Assembly (NCBI GenBank): GCA_964016885.1
Contig: OZ024740.1
Span: forward strand, 374,232,001 to 374,296,000
DNA length: 64,000 nucleotides
Source: Eledone cirrhosa
Taxonomy: Eukaryota
Reading direction: 5' to 3'
Both the position numbers and the translations under genes were made by a program. Numbering within the stretch: position 1 is the stretch's first letter; each line of letters starts with the position of its first letter. Below, piece after piece: positions 52,425 to 64,000 of this stretch. Under the pieces are notes generated by a model, which had not been told where the DNA came from, did no database searches, and saw only the letters and a program-made list of their open reading frames with translations.

Positions 52425-55400
52425 TACATGCTTATAAACAGAGAAGGCCCAATCACGCGGGCCATTTTCGCTTCATTCACCCACCTTTCAGTAAATTAAC
52501 AGGGGTGCAGTGCCTCTCTCTCCACCCTGATTCTCCTTCTAAAGTGATTCTTAAAGAAGGGAATCAATTGTTGTCCGGAGAGAAAGGCATCTGTCCTCAG
52601 TCCTCTCAACCTCGTCCAAGATATAACTTCTTTCACCATAGCCACCGTACATAGGAAAACCGCCTCTCTTTCGTTTTTGAAAGAGGCTGGCGGTTTAATC
52701 CTTACTATGGACTCGGCAGTCAATTGTCTTTGTCCCATACGCGACAGCAGTTGTTCTGCATAGTTCCACAGGTCAGTTACCTCTGGGCAGTGTACAGTTG
52801 CGTGCAGGACTGTTTCAATGTCCTCGCGTATCTTGGACACGTCCTCTTGGAAGGATCCATGCCGGGAGGTCCCTGCCTGTAGATCTTGTCACGAACCGGT
52901 AGAGCTCCTCGGTAGGACTGCCAGGCCAGGGATCTCTGGAAGTTGTCCATAGGTCCCGGGTGGAAAGTCCTACCAAACAGACTGGTGAGCTCATCGTCTC
53001 CGACGCCCAGAGTCTCTCCGAGCACGTCGTCGCCCTTGTAACGTACAATCTATAGAATGTCGAAGTGGAGTCTCCACTGATTACTGCGCTCACTTTCCAG
53101 AGGCTGTGAGCGCCTGAGCGCATTCAATGTGCCAGGCGCCCATCGTTTTCGGTCTTTTCTTGACCCAGGACAGCAGCTCCGTCAGCGAGACGAGCTGTGG
53201 GAAAGCCTGTCTTACAAACGGTGCCCACACCGGTTGGGGGTCGGTGAGGAATACCTGAAGATGCCGCAGCCTCAGCGCCTGTTTGCGGATCATCAGCCCC
53301 GGCATTTCCAGCCCTCCGTTGGAAGGGTGCTGACAGCAGACGGATCTCCTCACCAGCGGATCCTGCTTCTTCCACAGAAACTGGAAGATCATGCGTTCCA
53401 TCTTGGCGAGGTGTTCAGGGGGACAAGGCACGACAGTCAAGCGGTAGTAGATGACGGACGCTATGAAAGTGTTCGCCACCTCCGCTCGATCTTTCAAGGA
53501 CAGTTTGCACTCTGCCCACTTATGGATGAGTGAAAACACCTTGGCCGTGACCTGGTTCCAGTTTTTCTCCACCTGGAGGTCTGGACCGAACCAGACCCGA
53601 GTAATTTCACCGGTTGGTCCGTCCAGCTTCCAACGACGTTGTCGGATGTCATCGGTTTGCCTCTCCACATACCGAGTTGCAAACCGACAGACTTGTCCGG
53701 GTTTAGTTTTGCTCCCGTCAGCGTTTCAGTAAGTTGCCGATCACCCCGATTTCCGAGGTGCTCGACACCATTACCATCACGTCGTCGGCACAAGTCGACG
53801 CCGCTTTGCGCAGTCCTGGTTCTAGAGGGATGCCCTGCAACGGCTCCAATTTTCGCTGTAGTGGCGCTAGAGTCAATACATACAGAATGGAGAAGAGAGT
53901 GCACCCCTGTCGAATGGAACGCGTGATTGCGAACGGCTCCGATAGGTAGCCGTTCACCTTGACCGTCGAGCAGATGCTGGTGTGCATTGCCTCGATCCAT
54001 CCTCTGAACACGGGACCGAAACCGGCCAATTGAGAACCGCTTCCAAGTATCGATGGTCGACCCTATCGAATGAATTAGACTGATCCAAGTTGATCAGAGC
54101 CCCACCGAAGCCGGGTTTACTACCCACCCTCTCTATGATGTATCGCATGAGGTGGAGGTTGTCGTGTATGGACCTGGTCGGGATTGCACACGTTACGCTT
54201 TCCCTACCAGGTTCTCGACGACAAGCGCCAACCTCGTCGCTAGCTACTTGGCAAACCCTTTCTGAGCAGAGTTATGGACCTAAAGTTGTTAATTTCGTCC
54301 GCCGTGTTCTCGTCTTTCCTGATCAGCGTTAAAACGCCCTTGCCTGCAGAACGGCGAATTCTCCCGTGCTGCTGCCAATTGCAGTAGACGGCTTCGAGGA
54401 CGCCAGAGAACAAGTCCGGCATGCCTATGCAAAACTCGAAGGGTAGACCATCTAGACTGGAACAGAGCGTCCCGTATCTCAGTGTCCGTGATTGGTCTTT
54501 CGCAGAACTCGGCGTCCGTGTTCGAGAGACGCGGCAGGCCGTCGATGTATGAACTAAAGTCCATTGCCCCGTTCGGCTCACCGTCGTTCTGCTCAAACAG
54601 TCGCGCAAGTGCCGCTGAAAGGCCGCGCATATTTGCTTGGGGTCAAGTAGCACGCGCCCGTTTTGGTCTTTCAAAGACCGATTGTAGACTTGTTGCCACT
54701 TTTTGCCTCCGCCACTCGGGCCCAGCTGACAGCTTTCGCTCCTTCGTTTCCTAAAGCACGTGTTTTGCTTCTGAACATGCAGCCTTCGTGTTTCGCATCG
54801 AAGAACTGGTCCAGTGCCGTTCTCGACGCTAACACTCTCGCCGCGTTTCCACTTCTAAGTGCCTCCTCTACCTTGGCTACTAGTTCTCTTTCTATTCTGT
54901 TTTTCTCTAAGGCTAACTCTCTGCTATACCCTATCGATTCTATTCTAATTGTTTTCTTGAGAGAGTACCACAATCTATTGTTGACGATGGCTCCCGTTAG
55001 CTGTTGCTTGACTAGTCTACTTATCCGTTCACTGTAAGCTTTACGTGCCGGCAAAGACACGTTCAGCTTTCAGTATCCGGGACCCTGTCTATGTATTCTA
55101 TCACGGTTGACTAAGCAGACGACTAACTTGTGATCTGAATAGGCAACCATGTGCATTCGTGGACAGCTTAACATCTCCTTGTCTCTTTCCCTAATGAAGA
55201 ACCTATCTAAATACCATCTAGATGTCCACTGCGGTTTGCCCACGTCCACTGTAGTGCAGTCGAGAAATCCAGTCGATACCTATCGGCCTGTTGGAATTGG
55301 CCGATTAAAGTTTTCAGGCTGTTGCACCCCGCTCTAGTCCCATCATGCATCTAGGATACCAGTCCAGTGCCCCACTAAAAGTAAGGAGCGAGACGTTCCC

Positions 55401-55794
55401 AGAACAAACTCTAGACGCTTAAAGAAGTCTGGCGGTGATTGCGATTGCCGGGTCGAGGCATAAACGGCCACCAGTCTGAAGTCTACACCTCCAATACTGT
55501 TCACGTCTAGGACTACCAGTCTATCCTCCGGGTCCAAGTGTACTCGCTGTACTGAGACGTCCAGGTTCTTCCGAAACATGACAGCCACTCCACCTCCACA
55601 TCCTGGCTGACAGAGAGATGCGTAGATCTCAAAGTCGTCGAAGATGGGGGTTAGTTGCTGCCTGTTCTGGATCCTGGACTCGGTGATGGCTATCACATCC
55701 ATACTGTGTGACCTAAGGTCGTTTAAAATTGGCCCTGTTTCCAGGGCATCCCTAGGCCACGCATATTCACGGTTCCAACTCGTAAACCAGCCAT
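52425..55794 (-). pseudogene. Tx1 copy C ORF2 (endonuclease-RT), disrupted
   Basis: ORF pieces 55343-55870, 54671-55060, 53954-54148, 53718-54029 (CADD), 53090-53668 and 52496-52840 are homologous to copy B. Confidence 0.9.
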
Positions 55795-55835
55795 GTTGGT
55801 GAAGAAAAGTTGGAGAAAAAGGACGAAAGGTGCAC

Positions 55836-57740
55836 TTACCTTTTCGTTTCCTGGAGAACCGGTTGTTCAATCTACATTTGGGTGCTGGATGAGTTGTTGT
55901 GTAGGGTGGGTAAACATTTTAACAGGAGGCGGTTGATAGTTTGTGGCAGGGGTTGCCCACGTCAAGTGAACATTTATTTGTTAGGTCATTCTATGTTTCC
56001 ATAGAAACCCTTATAAGTTTAAGGTGTGGAGACGATTCTGCCTTGACGAAAGTTTTCCCCTCCTGTCTCCACCTTGGGGTTTTGGGAGATGACCTCCATC
56101 AAACTCTTGTTGTTTGTGTTGATGTATGCGTATTGTTGTTTGTGGTCTTGTTGTGCTGTGTTAGTTTGTTGTTCGTCCGGGAGTTTTCTTTTTATGGTGG
56201 GTGCTTGTGTTTGGTGTTGGTGCTCGTTTTTCTGATAGGGGGATGTTTGACTGTGGTGTTGTTTGCGTTGTTGTCTTTGTCTGTGGTTGTGTGTTGGTGT
56301 TGGTGATTGGAGTTTTGGGAGTTTTGTGGTGTTTCTTTTTTTGTTTTTTAGATTTCCGCGGTTCTCCCTCTTCTTCACTTAAAGAAGCAGATGCAGCTCC
56401 ATCCGTCGATGAATAATCATCGTCAGCTGTGTGGGGTAGGGGTATGTTGTGTGGTGGTGGTGTTTCGGTGTGTGTGTTTGTGGTAGTGTTTGATGGAGTG
56501 GGATGGAGTGGCGCTGTGTTCTTCAGGAGTGTTGTCTCTGTTTTTTCTGTTGTTGTTGGTTGAGTGTCTGTTTGTTTTGGTGTGGTTGTTCGTTTCGTCT
56601 GTCGTTGTACTTGTGGTGGTGGTGGTTGTTTTGGTGTTGGTGTTGGTAATAGTGTTTTTTTAATGATGTTGTAGTTGTGTGTTTATGGACTCGAGGCTTT
56701 TAGGTGTGCTGTCCTACGACAGCGAAAGCAATGACATTTTCGTCCTTCTACCGAAATGTTTATTTCGTTGTTATTATCGATGCCGACTCTTTCAGGTATT
56801 TTGGAGATTCTCTCCGGTTTCATTTGCAACATAATCTCCAAATCAGTACCCTCCACCTTTGTCGACTAGATTTTCGTATCGAAAGAATCATATCTGTTTC
56901 TGGCTCTACGAAGCCAGCGAAGATCCACCAGATGATAATGTTTGGGGGTATGTTTTTTATTTTGATTTTTGTGTCCTTTTTCCCATGTATGTAGGGAGAA
57001 AGGTGTATGCTTTTGACACCATTGGTCTCACATAATCTTTTTGGGCGAGTGCCTCGCTTTTAAACAGCACGGAAACACTTCCGTACTGTTTTCCTCGCTG
57101 AGAAAATCGACATTTGCTAAAATTTCCTTGAAAGTATCTTCTTTATCTGCTTGGCTAACAAATGTCGGCTTTCTTGTGGAATTTGACACAGTCCTAAAGG
57201 TGACTGATCTGCGAATTGTGTCATCCTTTATTTCAAGGGGTGAGTTAATTCCAAACCCACCTCTTTCTTTGAAAGTTACACATTTTCTCCCTTGCTGGAG
57301 CATATCTCTGGCGTTGGAGATATCAAGATTTATAAAATCTTGTTTTTTGCTCACTGTTTCAGTGAAAGACATTTTCTTTTTTTTGTGTGGTGTTGCTGTT
57401 GTTGTTGTTGTTGTTATCGTTGTAAGCCTCGGTGTTGGAAATCTCAGTTCCTTGTCGAGGTGAAACATTATGTGTAGATGTATCTGTAGATTTGTTGATG
57501 TTTTTTTCATGTGTATGTATGTTAATGGGTTTAATTCCTGTGTTTTCCTGTGTTATTGTTATTTTTCTCCGCTTCGACGGTAGAAATTTTAAAATCTTCA
57601 AGTGGTAATATTTTTTCCTCTTTGTTGACAGTTGTATCTATGGCGACGTCCATGGTGGCAGAAGCAGATATAACGTTAATATCTGCCTCTTTCTCTGTCT
57701 TTTCTCTATTGACGTTCTCTAGCGTTCTCGTGTTGCTCAA
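55836..57740 (-). pseudogene. Tx1 copy C ORF1, disrupted
   Basis: Pieces 57028-57510 and 56019-56378; VEGRKCHCFRCRRTAHLKAS knuckle at ~56690-56755. Confidence 0.75.
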
Positions 57741-57951
57741 GTTATTTAGTTTGTAAAATCTGATATTTTAAAACAATTTTTAAAATAAAATGTTCGCCCC
57801 TACAGGGGGAAAAATGGGATTGCCACCCAGCTGACAATTCAGTTTGGGGGTTAATCTACACAATGTTATGTTTTTTCAAACAATTAGTTCGGTTTTTTAG
57901 TATAGAAATTACAAAAATTTTACCGGCGATGTTCCACGCGTCAGACAGAAA

Positions 57952-57954
57952 GAG

Positions 57955-58029
<75 letters not shown>
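57952..58029. repeat. (GATA)n microsatellite, right flank of the Tx1 array; shorter GATA spacers at 48513-48542 and 52192-52217
   Basis: Directly visible. Confidence 0.96.
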
Positions 58030-59243
58030 CATCAGAGGTTGTGGAAACATTACGAGGATGATATTCAATATTTCATATATTAATTATTCGGACATGCGTT
58101 TCGCTGCAGGTTTATGGTGATTATACACTAAATTATTTCAAGCTTCGCTGGAAGGTGTTATAGTTGCAGTCCCTAAGAGATATTATGGTCGATTGACGTT
58201 GTTATCTGATGTGGTGGTGAGTCGATAGATCGTATTAGTGGAAATAGACTTATCAGCGTTCAAGAAGTGGTGTGATAATGAGAGTAATTCTGTCACTGCA
58301 GTATCTTCTATTTACATTGTTTTTAGGGACTGGTCTGAAACATGTTTTTCTAATTTTAACTGGCTAATATAGTAAATTAGCTGAATTGTATGTTAAGAAA
58401 GAGGAAATTGTCTTTCAGATATCTCTTAATGGTCCCGTAGTCATTCGTTTTTGACAAGGTGTCCATATCGCGATTTCCGAATTCGGCCAATTTGTCATGC
58501 ATTTATAGTTGTAAGTAGCAACTTGTCCTTTATTTTAAGACGGGCTGTTGTATTAAAGTAAGGCGTGGGAGTTCATTCATGTGACCCTTTTAGGAGTTAT
58601 AAATGTTAAAAGTTATCTGTGACACACTTTGTTGCTTTTAGATGGAGGTATCAGGTTCTCGATAGGAAAAATGAAATATTTTATATTCTACGTTGTGATT
58701 CCTTTTAGTGATGATGATACACGTTGGAGGTTTGATAACTGACGCTTGATTTGATTCTGGGTACATACAATGACTTCGTAAAACGACATGTATAACCTAA
58801 TGACGTTTTTCGCTTTGCGTGAGTATTTTCAATATGTTTAGTTAATGTTATGCATGCATGTGTATTTTTAGAATCCTGAAGAAGTTGATTAGATTTTACT
58901 TTATATTTAGTTTTGTGTGTATATGTTTGGTGTGTATTATGTTAGGTTGGCAGTAGTATGGACGGTATTATATTTAGACTTCATGAAGAGCGTTAGATTG
59001 GAGTCATATGTATGTGTTTATGAATAATGGAGATATATATATATAACATAAGCATCATAAATGAGTTCAACTTTCGTGTAAGTTCCCAGTAACAATCTCT
59101 GCGTCTTGTTTGAACTAGAACCATACGACGTCAAACATATAATGAAGTAAATACCAAAGTTCTATATATTAGTCTCAGCAAATAATATGCATGCGGATTC
59201 TAGTGACGTATAATAAAACCGAAAGAGCAAACTAATTTCTCAG

Positions 59244-59279
<36 letters not shown>

Positions 59280-59795
59280 ATACTTGGGGAGGGTCATATT
59301 GGTGTAATAATATTGCCAGAATTAATAACAGAACACACTCACTGTTTGGTTGGTTTTCGCTTCTGTGTCTTTTATACCGGTTAATTTAATTTATTCGTTC
59401 CTCAATGTTACCATTGACTGACCAACGGTCATAAATACAATTATAATAAAGACACAATCACATATATGTAATCTAACAAACTTCTTTCGTTGCACATCTA
59501 CAACCGCGTCAGTGGTGCTATTATATTTCCTCCTGTTGTATTGTATGCCTACGCCATTTTTATTTAGTCTGTTTATTTATTTATTTATTTATTTATTTAT
59601 TTTTGTATTCTTTGAGCATACGTTTGCGTGTGTGTATAGTGTTTGAATTGTGTTCGTGTTTGGGTGACTGTGTATTGGTTATTCTATGATATCTTAGTTT
59701 ACTAGTGTGTGTCTATAGGTGCGTGTTTGTCATTGTGCTTGTGTATGTACTTATTTATTTATTTATACTTCTCTTAAGTCAGTATTGTTTGTTTG

Positions 59796-61859
59796 GATAA
59801 GTCTGGTAGGATTTCAATAGACAGCATGCCGAACTACATGGAGGCTATGCAACCCCACATCAACAACACGAGCGAAATTGTACAGCAAATACATGATGGG
59901 AGAGAGAAAATCCTCATCGCTCACATGATGTTGTGGACTGACATCCTAAAGCCAAGGAAATGCACATCCAGCAAGTTCCAAGCGTCTAACAATGGCATAC
60001 CACTCTGGTATTGGCTCCTCAAAGACCATAAGACAGTCGACGACCCGACAACAGGACCACCAACAAGACCCGTATGCGGAGCAAATATAGCTAGCAACTA
60101 TAGGATCTCCTACTCCCTCTCAATGGTTATACGCCCCATAATCAAGATGTCCCTAGATGTATGTGACAGTACAGAGGACCTCCTCAGCTAATCAGTGAGT
60201 GCAACAAAAACAAAAACCTATCCAACTACATAATAGGCAGTATGAATGTGGTATCACTGTACCCAGCCATTAACATTGATTTTGCTGTGGGAAAATGTGT
60301 GGAGATGATCATTGAGAATGAGGTGGAGTATTGCGACGTCAACACAGACGAACTGGGCCTCCTACTTAAACTTACCTATGACACTGACTACCTAAACATC
60401 CATGACTTTAGATGTTTCTGCCCCAGTAGACCCATAAGAGGTAGAACCACCCACCATAAGCTCAATGGCAAAAAGGACTCCCATGGGAAGGTGGATTGGG
60501 TGGACCAAAGCTATACTGACCCCCCAAAACAATGATCAGGTAAGAAAAATGGTCGCATATGATATAGGGGCTAGTGTCAAAACTATCCTAAAGGGCCACA
60601 TATTCAAATTCAACGAGAAGATCTACACCCAAAGTGAGGGAGCAGTCATTGAAGTCAGCATAGCTAGTGACGTTGCCAACTTTTTTATGGTATGGTGCGA
60701 AAGGAGATTCAAAGATGTCCTTCATGAGAGCCTCATAGACCTCATCATGTTCTCGTTACGTAGACAACATCAATATAGTAATAAGGACATCTCCACAAGA
60801 GAGTACTAACAAGTTTGATTTAGAACGTAGCACAATGGAAAACATCCAGCAGATAGCTAATTCCATACACCAAAGTATAACTGTAACTATCGACTACCCT
60901 TCCAAACACCCTAATAATAGACCACTTGTATTAGACACAGAATTCTGGATTACACTATAGACGAGAGAGCCCAAATTCTCCACTCACACTACGCTAAACC
61001 CATGGCCCCCAAATACCTGATACTCAAAACCTTAGCAATGTCCAGTAGTGCTAAGTTTAATATCCTGACCGCACACTTGGTACGAGTAATGAAGAACGTG
61101 TCCCGCATGTGCGACCCAACAGAAATGGAAAGACATATCCAACACTTCATCAACCGCATACAGTTCTCTGGCTACAACCAAAGAGACAGAATCAGAGTAT
61201 ACGAAAGAGCCACGGAGAAGTATAAGACCCTCATAGGACTGCACATGAAAGGAATTTCCCATTATACAGAAGCAAATCATGGAATCGCTTAGATAGGACT
61301 AGACATAAGATAAGGAAAGCTACCTCATGGTACGACAACCAGAGATACCAGAGTGTCATGTTTGTGGACGCTAGCCCTGGAGGGTAATTAGCTAACCAGT
61401 GTAGAAATGCCCTGAGAAAGACCCACTTAAAGAGTAAGGTGTTAGACAAGCCAGGAACCACCATGAAATCCCTGATCAGCAAAACCTACCCTTTTAAGAA
61501 AATCCGCTGTACTAATAGGAAACATATTATATGTAAAGTAACCCCCGGATAAACTGTAAAACTGAAAAGTAGTCTATAGCATCAGATGTACAGAGGGTAC
61601 TTACAGAAACATGACAACAACGTACATAGGCTGGACAGCTCTTAGTATAGGTGAAAGGATAGAACAATACTGGGGGGAACTAAAAGGACGAAAAAACTGT
61701 TCAGTACTATACGAACATGCCAGTGAACAACACTACGGTAACATAGACAATATAGAACTTAGAATAACATTTAAACATAGAAATGACCCAGCAGATAGGC
61801 AAATCAGAGAGGCCAGGGAAATAGACCTTGGAAGGCCAATGCTAAACAGAAAAAAGTAA
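59796..61859 (+). pseudogene. PLE RT + GIY-YIG ORF, disrupted
   Basis: ORF pieces 59793-60191, 60242-60535, 60465-60809, 61002-61292 and 61611-61859. Confidence 0.85.
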
Positions 61860-62139
61860 TGGAATATCAACAACACCCAAACAAAAAATACTGACCTAAG
61901 AGAAGTATAAATAAATAAATAAATACATACACAAGCACAATGACCTCAAACACATATAAACACACACTAGTAAACTAAGATAGAATACAATAACCGATAC
62001 ACAGTCACCCAAACACGAACACACATCAAGCACTATACACACACGCAAATGCATGCGCAGAGAAGACAAAAATAAATAAATAAACAGACAAAATAAAGAT
62101 GGCGTAGGTATACAATACAACAGGAGGAAACATAATAGC

Positions 62140-62182
62140 ACCACTGATGAGGTTGCAGATGTGCAACGAAAGAATTTTGTTA
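62140..62182 (+). ncRNA. Hammerhead-like motif in the pLTR (core and stem II intact, stems I/III poor); mirrored at ~59475-59515 on the minus strand
   Basis: CUGAUGA-g-gttgca gatg tgcaac-GAAA. Confidence 0.5.
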
Positions 62183-62422
62183 GACTATATATATGTGTTT
62201 GTGTCTATATTATATCTGTATATTTGACCGTTGATCAGTCAATGGTAACATTGAGGACTGAATAAATTAAATTAACCGATATAAAAGACACAGAAGCGAA
62301 AACCAGCCAAAGAGTGAGTGTGTTCTATTATTAATTCTGGCAATATTATTACACAAATATGACCCTCCCCAAGTATAACAATATTTGTTTCGACAAACGA
62401 TTTCATATAAAAAACCTCGCAA

Positions 62423-62475
<53 letters not shown>

Positions 62476-62481
<6 letters not shown>

Positions 62482-62812
62482 AGATCAAAAGATTGTTAAA
62501 AGAGTTCCATGCATTTTATTATGCGCATTTCAAAAACAAATATCATCATGCAATAACATTTACGTTTTCGTCAGATAAAATAGGGAGACATGATATGAAG
62601 GTTTAAATACACTTGTGAATAGTGCAGTTTTAAATCAACATATGATATGTTGATTTAAAACTGCACTATTCACAAGTGTGTTTTAACCTTCATATCATGT
62701 CTGCCTATTTTATCTGACGAAAACGCAAATGTTATTGCATGATGATATTTGTTTTTGAAATGCACATAATACAATACATGGAACTCTTTTAACCATCTTT
62801 TGATCTTATATA
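62476..62812. repeat. Near-perfect 337-bp palindrome centred on 62644, each arm carrying a degenerate hammerhead
   Basis: aagatc at 62481 mirrors gatctt ending at 62807; 1-nt spacer; ttat-CUGACGA...GAAA-tgcac-ataa at 62710-62769. Confidence 0.92.
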
Positions 62813-62921
62813 GTATTTATACTCCAGTCCTACAAACTGTAGAGTGCTACTTATCATGTATCTGCATTGCTTTATTGTACTACAATAAAACTCACCTCCT
62901 ACATATATATATATATATATC

Positions 62922-63468
62922 TAGGACGGCTGATAATTCCCGAGATTCATTGACGAGTTCTCTCCAGCGGCCTCTGTCCCTCACTATCGCTGCCATGTGC
63001 TGCGTCTCCAACAGACCAGTGTCTGTCCTTAGGGCATCAACATACGTTAACCCTGGTCATCCTCTTCCAGTGTGTCCGTGTAGGGGCTTTCAGAGGTGCA
63101 CTGAGTGGAATGTCAAATCTGAATGTCGGTTAGCATGTCCAGCTAACCTCAGTCTTCTCTGTGTCACTTTTGAGCTGACGTTTGGGAGGCCCCCATACAG
63201 CTCTGACTTTCTCATCCTCAGGTTATACTGTGGATGATATGATCAGAACCATCCTCAGCATTGTCGTATACCTCCCATCCACCATCTGAGTGAGTTTCTT
63301 GGTCAGATATATTCGCTCCCTATCACGTTTTTATCATCGTAGTGGACTATTGTATGCGCCTTGCACTCGAGAAACACCAGGACTCTGGCTTTACTGTAGC
63401 ACCCGCTGAGAGCAGGAGAGTTAAGAGCGAAAAATATACCACATGCTGAATTTGCCGACGACATACAG
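62922..63468 (-). mobile_element. Short RTE(-X)-like LINE insertion with an inverted 5' segment
   Basis: Minus strand 62922-~63305: LTKKLTQMVDGRYTTMLRMVL...RRLRLAGH...GRP. Plus strand ~63306-63468: APY..FIIVVDYCMRLAL...GFTVAPAESRRVK...EFADDI. Confidence 0.75.
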
Positions 63469-64000
63469 AGAAGGAGGCAGAGGATATATATATATATATA
63501 TACATGGGAGGGGTGTATATTAGTCCATGTACATTAGTGAAGGAAAAAACTCTAAATAGATTGATTATAACTTATTTATTTATATGTTTCTACACAGAGT
63601 TTCCTGCAGTGTTTATTTGTTCCGTCTAAACGAAATCACTAGTCGCGTCATTGGTGCCTGAAATAGCACAGAACGCAAATTAGTAAAACATATTCCGTTG
63701 CTGTCTAGAAGATCGCGTTCCACAGATATGGCGACAGTCACTTTTAATATTGTAAATTCAGTTCAGATATATACATTTAATTTTACACAGAACTTTTCCG
63801 TCTTCAACATCTGATTTGCTTTGAGGATAAATAGTGAGAAATGTGTCATTTGAGGGCAGACAAAATAGGCTAAGCTAAGATATATTTTACCAGGCTAATC
63901 AACAGGATTGTTGAAATACTCTTAAATATTGAATCAATGCTTACAAAAATGTATAATGTTAGGCTTTTTTTTAAACTTTAACATATATTTCAATAATTTG

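Larger units (their letters stand above)
52219..57945 (-). mobile_element. Tx1-clade LINE copy C: near full length, divergent subfamily, frameshifted
   Basis: ORF1 ~57740-55836 with a CFRC....H knuckle; ORF2 from the ATG at 55794 (MAGLRVGTVNMRG) to ~52425, collinear with copy B; conserved 5' hairpins and 3' tgtcccctt..ttgtg motif. Confidence 0.92.
59272..62427 (+). mobile_element. Penelope-like element (Nematis/Neptune-type), 5'-truncated, with an inverted pLTR at its 5' end, in (TA)n
   Basis: Disrupted ORF 59796-61859: DKSG, KDHK..PPTRPVCGA, STEDLL, MNVVSLYP, FKFNEKIYTQ, VLDTEFW, YIG.T..SIGERI, RQIREA..LNRK. 59272-59796 is the reverse complement of 61877-62384. Confidence 0.88.

Noticed and set aside
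58090-58152. Hammerhead-like remnant on the minus strand (gcgaaacgcatgtc); similar weak remnants near 32012-32060, 32498-32550 and 39880-39920
   Set aside because: The CUGANGA core or stem I is too degenerate to call.
63501-63600. Possible mariner-type terminal repeat (ta..gggaggggtgt); also tactgggtgagcca at 31621
   Set aside because: No partner TIR or transposase visible.

Overview
AT-rich, microsatellite-dense animal genomic DNA, probably intergenic or intronic. The SINE family and repeat landscape suggest a cephalopod such as Octopus; this is inference. No host protein-coding gene could be supported, and essentially all coding signal is retrotransposon-derived. Main contents: (1) a ~15 kb head-to-tail array of three Tx1/L1-clade LINEs (43148-57945, minus) inside one (GATA)n/(GA)n microsatellite, plus an internally deleted relative at 26568-28535 ending at a (TAG)n tract; (2) several Penelope-like elements (PLEs: RT + C-terminal GIY-YIG) in (TA)n tracts; (3) a set of hammerhead-ribozyme motifs found by eye, four with an unusually long (~60-90 nt) stem II, including a 317-bp retrozyme-like unit and a 337-bp fold-back palindrome; (4) RTE-clade LINE remnants, one with a twin-priming-like inversion; (5) at least eight copies of a tRNA-derived SINE. 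Most short ORFs in the track are microsatellite or antisense artefacts. Boundaries were read by eye and may be off by a few to tens of bases.
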